Shown here piece by piece: positions 59,514 to 64,000 of a stretch of DNA of 64,000 nucleotides (position 1 is its first letter; each line of letters opens with the position of its first letter). The translations under genes and the position numbers were made by a program. A model generated the notes under the pieces. It saw only the letters and a program-made list of their open reading frames with translations. It was not told where the DNA came from and did not search any database. Source of the stretch: Candidatus Woesebacteria bacterium (GTDB lineage Bacteria; Patescibacteriota; Microgenomatia; UBA8517); the NCBI GenBank assembly GCA_020060565.1, contig JAGVAE010000002.1, positions 371,270 to 435,269 on the forward strand, given 5' to 3'.

Positions 59514-60434
59514 ATGGAAAGACCTGAAATATCAATAATACTAATCACAAACAAAAAAGACTACATTCTGGACTGTTTAAAGTCCGTATATGCCGCTTTG
59601 AAAAACATTCCCAATGAAGTAATACTCATCGATAATGTTTCTCAGGATAAAGTTGGGGAAATGTCCAAGAAGAAATATCCAGATCTGATAGTTTTGCGCC
59701 GTGAGGTTAATGGTGGGTTTGGACAGAATAACAATATGGGAATGAAGATTGCAAAGGGGAGGTATGTACTTCTTTTAAATGACGATACAAAAATAATAGA
59801 TAAAAATATTTTTAAAGACATGATTACTTGGATGGATGCTCACCCCAAGGCGGGATCGGCTACTTGCGGCTTAGTTAATCCAGACCTTAAAACATTCCAA
59901 GGGTCGGGTGGATCCTTCCCAACTCTTCTAAAAGTTTTTGCCTGGATGACATTTATAGATGATATTCCGGGACTTGATAATTTAATTAAGCCATATCACC
60001 CACTTCATGGTTGGTCACCATTTCATACAAATGAAGATTATTTTAAAAAACCACACAAACAGGATTGGTTAACTGGGGCATACTATTTAATGAGAAAAGA
60101 AGCAATGGATCAAGCAGGTTTATTTGATGAAGATTTCTTTTTATATGTTGAAGAAGTTGAACTTGCCTATCGTCTTGCCAAAAAGGGTTGGGAAGCATGG
60201 TACCTACCTAAATGGAAAACACTCCATTATGGAATGGCAACAAACGGAAGTGAAAAGGCTACAATATTTGAAATGCAGAATCTTAAACTTTTTTATAAGA
60301 AACACTTTCCTACTTGGCAAATGCCGATTTTAACATTCTTATTAAAATTTGGAATAACTCTAAGAATAATTCTTTACGGAATAATTAATCCAAGCGTGGC
60401 TAAAATCTATGCAAAAGCTTTCACAGTGGTTTAA
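59514..60434 (+). CDS. GT2 (WbbL-like rhamnosyltransferase family)
   Basis: NGGFGQNNN, LLNDD, DWLTGA, FDEDFFLYVEE. Confidence 0.88.
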   Translation: MERPEISIILITNKKDYILDCLKSVYAALKNIPNEVILIDNVSQDKVGEMSKKKYPDLIVLRREVNGGFGQNNNMGMKIAKGRYVLLLNDDTKIIDKNIFKDMITWMDAHPKAGSATCGLVNPDLKTFQGSGGSFPTLLKVFAWMTFIDDIPGLDNLIKPYHPLHGWSPFHTNEDYFKKPHKQDWLTGAYYLMRKEAMDQAGLFDEDFFLYVEEVELAYRLAKKGWEAWYLPKWKTLHYGMATNGSEKATIFEMQNLKLFYKKHFPTWQMPILTFLLKFGITLRIILYGIINPSVAKIYAKAFTVV

Positions 60435-61794
60435 AGGAGCAATCCCTAAGTATTTACTAGCTGCAGTACTAATAATAGTGCCTTTGTTTCCAAAATTTCC
60501 CCTGCTTTCAATTCCTGGTACATATGTAGCTATAAGATTTGAAGATATTATTCTATTAATCCTGGGGATTGTGGTACTAATAAAAGTAATTTTCAATTTT
60601 AAAACAATTATTAAGGATAAAATTGTTATAGCTTTTATAATATTTTTTGCGGTAAATTTGATCTCACTTATGTCTGGAGTTTTTCTTACAAAAACTGTTA
60701 CGTTTCATATTGGACTTCTTAATTATGTTAGACGTATTGAATACCTGGTTCCTTTCTTTGCAATTCTGACATTATTTACAAAAGAACAAATCAAAAACAA
60801 TTTGAGTTATTTTGTAAAAATTCTAGTTTTGGTTACTGTTGTAACTTTTATTTATGGCATAGGACAAAGATATTTAAGTTTCCCAATAATAATTACCCAG
60901 AATGATACCTATTCAAAAGGGGTAGCTCTTCGCTGGACTTCTGGGAGCCATATAAGTTCAACCTTTGCGGGACATTACGACCTAGCAGCCTTTATGGTAA
61001 TGGTTTTGCCTATCTTTGTTACGCTTCTTTTAACTCTTAAAAGTTGGGGAAATAAAATTTGGCTTTTTGTAGCAACTGGAGGAGGAATTTGGCTTTTAGT
61101 TAACTCACTTTCAAGAATAGCTCAGGTATCATACTTAGTCGCAATGGGAGTAGCACTTCTTTTGGCACGCAAATTTAAAGCCTTGGTAATTGTTATGATA
61201 ATAAGTATTACATTGATTGGTCTTTCCTCAAGCCTGTATGCGCGCTTTAGTAGAGTTATAGATGTTTATTACCATAAAATTACAGCAACAAATATTTCAG
61301 ATATTAGACAAAGCTTTGTTGTTAATGCAGAAGATCAGGTATTACCTTCACTCAGGCCAGAAACAACAGTTCCAACTCCTACTCCAGTTCCAATATTTGA
61401 GGATAGATCAACTTCCATTAGATTAAAAGTTGAATGGCCGCGAGCAATTCGGGCATTAAGTAAAAATCCCCTTCTTGGTACTGGTTATTCGTCAATTGGG
61501 CTCGCAACTGATAACGATTTCTTAAGAATGCTGGGAGAGACTGGTATTTTGGGATTTGCGGCATTCTTTTTAATATTTGCAAGAATAGGTATAGTGTTTA
61601 TAAAATCAATATCTATTCGTAAAAGTTTTTCTACGCTAGAACTAGGTTTTATTATTGGAATAGCTGGAGCAATTATTGGAACGTTTGTCAGTGCTACTTT
61701 TATTGATATTTTTGAAGCGTCGAAATTTGCTACCATTTTCTGGTTATTGGTGGGTTATTCCGTGTATTTGATTAGAAGTCATTTGAATGAATAA
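60409..61794 (+). CDS. O-antigen ligase/polymerase (Wzy_C) family protein
   Basis: Polytopic; STFAGHYD, SR, R..WP.A...NPLLGTG, DNDFLRMLGETGILG. Confidence 0.82.
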   Translation: MQKLSQWFKGAIPKYLLAAVLIIVPLFPKFPLLSIPGTYVAIRFEDIILLILGIVVLIKVIFNFKTIIKDKIVIAFIIFFAVNLISLMSGVFLTKTVTFHIGLLNYVRRIEYLVPFFAILTLFTKEQIKNNLSYFVKILVLVTVVTFIYGIGQRYLSFPIIITQNDTYSKGVALRWTSGSHISSTFAGHYDLAAFMVMVLPIFVTLLLTLKSWGNKIWLFVATGGGIWLLVNSLSRIAQVSYLVAMGVALLLARKFKALVIVMIISITLIGLSSSLYARFSRVIDVYYHKITATNISDIRQSFVVNAEDQVLPSLRPETTVPTPTPVPIFEDRSTSIRLKVEWPRAIRALSKNPLLGTGYSSIGLATDNDFLRMLGETGILGFAAFFLIFARIGIVFIKSISIRKSFSTLELGFIIGIAGAIIGTFVSATFIDIFEASKFATIFWLLVGYSVYLIRSHLNE

Positions 61795-63280
61795 GCAAAT
61801 TGCCCAATTCCTAGCCACCAAGAAATTCGAGTATATATTGTTATCGTTCATAATCTTGTGTGGATTTTTGGTCAGACTGTACAAAATCGACAATCCTGTT
61901 GCTGATTGGCATAGTTGGAGGCAAGCGGATACTGCATCAGTTACCAGAAATTACATTAATTTTGGAATTAATTTACTCGTTCCTAAATTTGACGATATAA
62001 GTAGTATCCAATCCAGAATTTCCAATCCCGAAGGATTTAGAATGGTAGAATTTCCTTTTTATAACGCACTGAGCGCATTTATATCAGTTAACTTGGGCTT
62101 TTTTAGTGTTGAGGTTTGGTCACGTCTTGTTACGATTTTTTGTGCCCTTATTACCTCTTTCTTTTTATATTTGATAGGTAAAAGAATAATAGGAAAGTGG
62201 GGAGGAATACTTTCTGCTTTCTTCTACCTTTTTATTCCATTTAACATTTATTTTACGCGTGTAATTTTACCAGATCCAATGGGAGTAACCTTTGGAGTAG
62301 TAGCACTTTGGTTTTTTATAAAATTTTCCGATGATGCTGGAGAATTATATTTATATTTATCGGCGGTATTTTTTGCATTAATGCTTCTTATTAAACCCTA
62401 TCTGGGATTTTATCTTTTCCCTGTTATTTACCTTTTTATTAACAGGTTCGGTTTAAAAACAATACTTAAGGATAAAAAATTAGTTCTCAAAGTAATTATT
62501 TTTCTAGCTATTATACTCATTCCCTTTATTGTATGGAGATGGTGGGAGTCAAAGTTTCCTGCAGGCATTCCACTTTTTTGGTGGGCATTTAATGGAAATG
62601 GAATAAGGTTCCATCCTGCATTTTGGAATTGGATTTTTGGAGAAAGAATTGGGCATTTGATTTTAGGATCGTTTGGTTTAGTCCCATTTATTTTTGGAAT
62701 CCTAAACACAGAAAAGAAGACGCTTCGCGATAAAAACAACTTTATCCATTGGTTTCTGATCGGAGCCCTTTTCTATTTTATAGCTGTAGCTAACGCCAAT
62801 GTTATGCACGACTATTATCAAATTTTGGTTATTCCCATGATTGCTTTGACTCTTTCTTCGGGAAGCATATATCTTTGGAATCAGAATGTATTTAATAAAA
62901 TTATTGCTAGATCTATCTTAGTTTTCTCTGTATTTATCATGCTAATAACAGGTTGGTTTCAAGTGAAAGGAAACTATGTAGTTAACCACTGGGAGATAAT
63001 TGAGGCAGGGAAAGCAATTGATAAAATTGCCCCCAAAGACGCATTGGTAGTTGCCCCATATGTGGGAGATACGGCTTTTTTGTATCAAACAAAAAGAAAG
63101 GGCTGGCCTGCAATTGATGACTCAATAGACAACATAATCAAAAAAGGAGCTAATTATTATGTTTCAGTTGATTTGGGGAGCGTTGACACTAAAATGATAG
63201 AATCTCGGTTTAAAACAGTAGAAAAAAATGATAAATATATAATAGTTGATCTCGGTAAAGAACTAACCAAATACGAATGA
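61787..63280 (+). CDS. GT39/ArnT-like GT-C membrane glycosyltransferase
   Basis: VRLY..DWHSWRQADTA, EFPFY, LPDP, IKP, HDYYQ. Confidence 0.85.
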   Translation: MNKQIAQFLATKKFEYILLSFIILCGFLVRLYKIDNPVADWHSWRQADTASVTRNYINFGINLLVPKFDDISSIQSRISNPEGFRMVEFPFYNALSAFISVNLGFFSVEVWSRLVTIFCALITSFFLYLIGKRIIGKWGGILSAFFYLFIPFNIYFTRVILPDPMGVTFGVVALWFFIKFSDDAGELYLYLSAVFFALMLLIKPYLGFYLFPVIYLFINRFGLKTILKDKKLVLKVIIFLAIILIPFIVWRWWESKFPAGIPLFWWAFNGNGIRFHPAFWNWIFGERIGHLILGSFGLVPFIFGILNTEKKTLRDKNNFIHWFLIGALFYFIAVANANVMHDYYQILVIPMIALTLSSGSIYLWNQNVFNKIIARSILVFSVFIMLITGWFQVKGNYVVNHWEIIEAGKAIDKIAPKDALVVAPYVGDTAFLYQTKRKGWPAIDDSIDNIIKKGANYYVSVDLGSVDTKMIESRFKTVEKNDKYIIVDLGKELTKYE

Positions 63281-64000
63281 AGATCTTAATGCTTGTTCCA
63301 TTTATTCCTAATGACCAAATGAGTGGTGGTCAAACTCGTTGGTACAATTTAATTAAACAACTTTCAAAAAAACACAAAGTAACTCTCATGACTTTGGTTA
63401 AAGATGATTGGGAAAGAAAATTTATTCCTGAACTTGAAAAATATTGTGAGAAAGTTATGGTTTTTAAACGTCCCAAGTCCCCTTGGACATTAAGAAACCT
63501 TTTCTTAACCCTAATCACTTTTAACCCCCTTGTTGTTATCCGAAATTTGTCTCTTGATGAAATGAAGGCCATAAGAAAAGAGATGTCAGAACACAAATAT
63601 GATCTAATTCATGCTGAAACCTTTTATGTTATGCCACATATTCCAAAAACAAAAACACCCATTGTTCTTGTCGAACCCACAATTGAATTTTCAGTTTATA
63701 AGCATTATGTAGATCAAGAAGTTCCTTGGTTTTTTAAACCTATTTATATGTTTGATGTAATTAAACTTCGTTTTTGGGAGAAGTATTATTGGAAAAAAGC
63801 CAATAAACTTTTTGCGGTTTCAGAAGATGATAAAAAAGTAATGCAAAAAGAAATTCCAGGAATAAAAGTTGGAGTACTTCCAAACGGTATTGATTCTGAA
63901 TACTTCAATGAGAAGAAGTTTGATAAAAGTAAAATTCCAACCATTCTATATGTAGGAAATTATAAATGGATGCAAAATATTGAGGCAGTTAATATTCTAA
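63277..64000 (+). CDS. Glycosyltransferase family 4 (partial; runs off the window; not in the ORF track)
   Basis: ATGA-coupled start; MKILMLVPFIPNDQMSGGQTRWYN...AVSEDD...PNGID...YVGNYKW; open to the window end. Confidence 0.88.
   Translation, partial: MKILMLVPFIPNDQMSGGQTRWYNLIKQLSKKHKVTLMTLVKDDWERKFIPELEKYCEKVMVFKRPKSPWTLRNLFLTLITFNPLVVIRNLSLDEMKAIRKEMSEHKYDLIHAETFYVMPHIPKTKTPIVLVEPTIEFSVYKHYVDQEVPWFFKPIYMFDVIKLRFWEKYYWKKANKLFAVSEDDKKVMQKEIPGIKVGVLPNGIDSEYFNEKKFDKSKIPTILYVGNYKWMQNIEAVNIL

Noticed and set aside
815-63596. Many short (60-142 aa) antisense or alternate-frame ORFs in the ORF track
   Set aside because: They lie within or largely overlap well-supported CDS, have no recognisable motifs, and are expected shadow ORFs
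1-64000. CRISPR array, tRNA/rRNA, prophage, or UGA recoding (genetic code 25)
   Set aside because: No repeat-spacer periodicity or room for structured RNA genes (gaps are under about 130 nt), no phage genes, and TGA ends many full-length genes in ATGA overlaps

Overview
An AT-rich, densely packed 64 kb cell-surface glycosylation locus. It has about 57 CDS, nearly all on the + strand, many with overlapping stop/start codons; TGA is used as a stop codon. I saw no rRNA, tRNA, CRISPR array or transposase. The two flanks (about 1-16 kb and 38-64 kb) carry about 15 polytopic GT-C-fold (ArnT/PMT/GT39-like) membrane glycosyltransferases. These are interleaved with GT2/GT4 enzymes, SAM methyltransferases, acyltransferases, a Wzx flippase, an EamA transporter and an O-antigen-ligase-like protein. 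The central block (about 16-38 kb) encodes a Wzm/Wzt ABC exporter, FkbM methyltransferases, an NDP-sugar C-methyltransferase with an atypical GMD-like SDR, and a ulosonic-acid-like module (PseB-like dehydratase, two aldo/keto reductases, a cytidylyltransferase fused to a class III aminotransferase, two HP-motif GT-B proteins). Gene style suggests Patescibacteria/CPR, Microgenomates-like; this is inference only. The most notable sequence-level observations are: (1) an A9 tract that frameshifts a coupled start codon at 11558; (2) a 25-codon spsF remnant at 30404 marking a cassette replacement; (3) an antisense wHTH-Fic gene with a His-to-Gln active-site change and a perfect palindromic operator plus a third half-site; (4) a GT2 carrying a vestigial methyltransferase domain whose intact homologue lies nearby; (5) a duplicated 31-nt intergenic element; (6) recurring -10 boxes just upstream of start codons. 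All product calls come from motif reading, not database searches.
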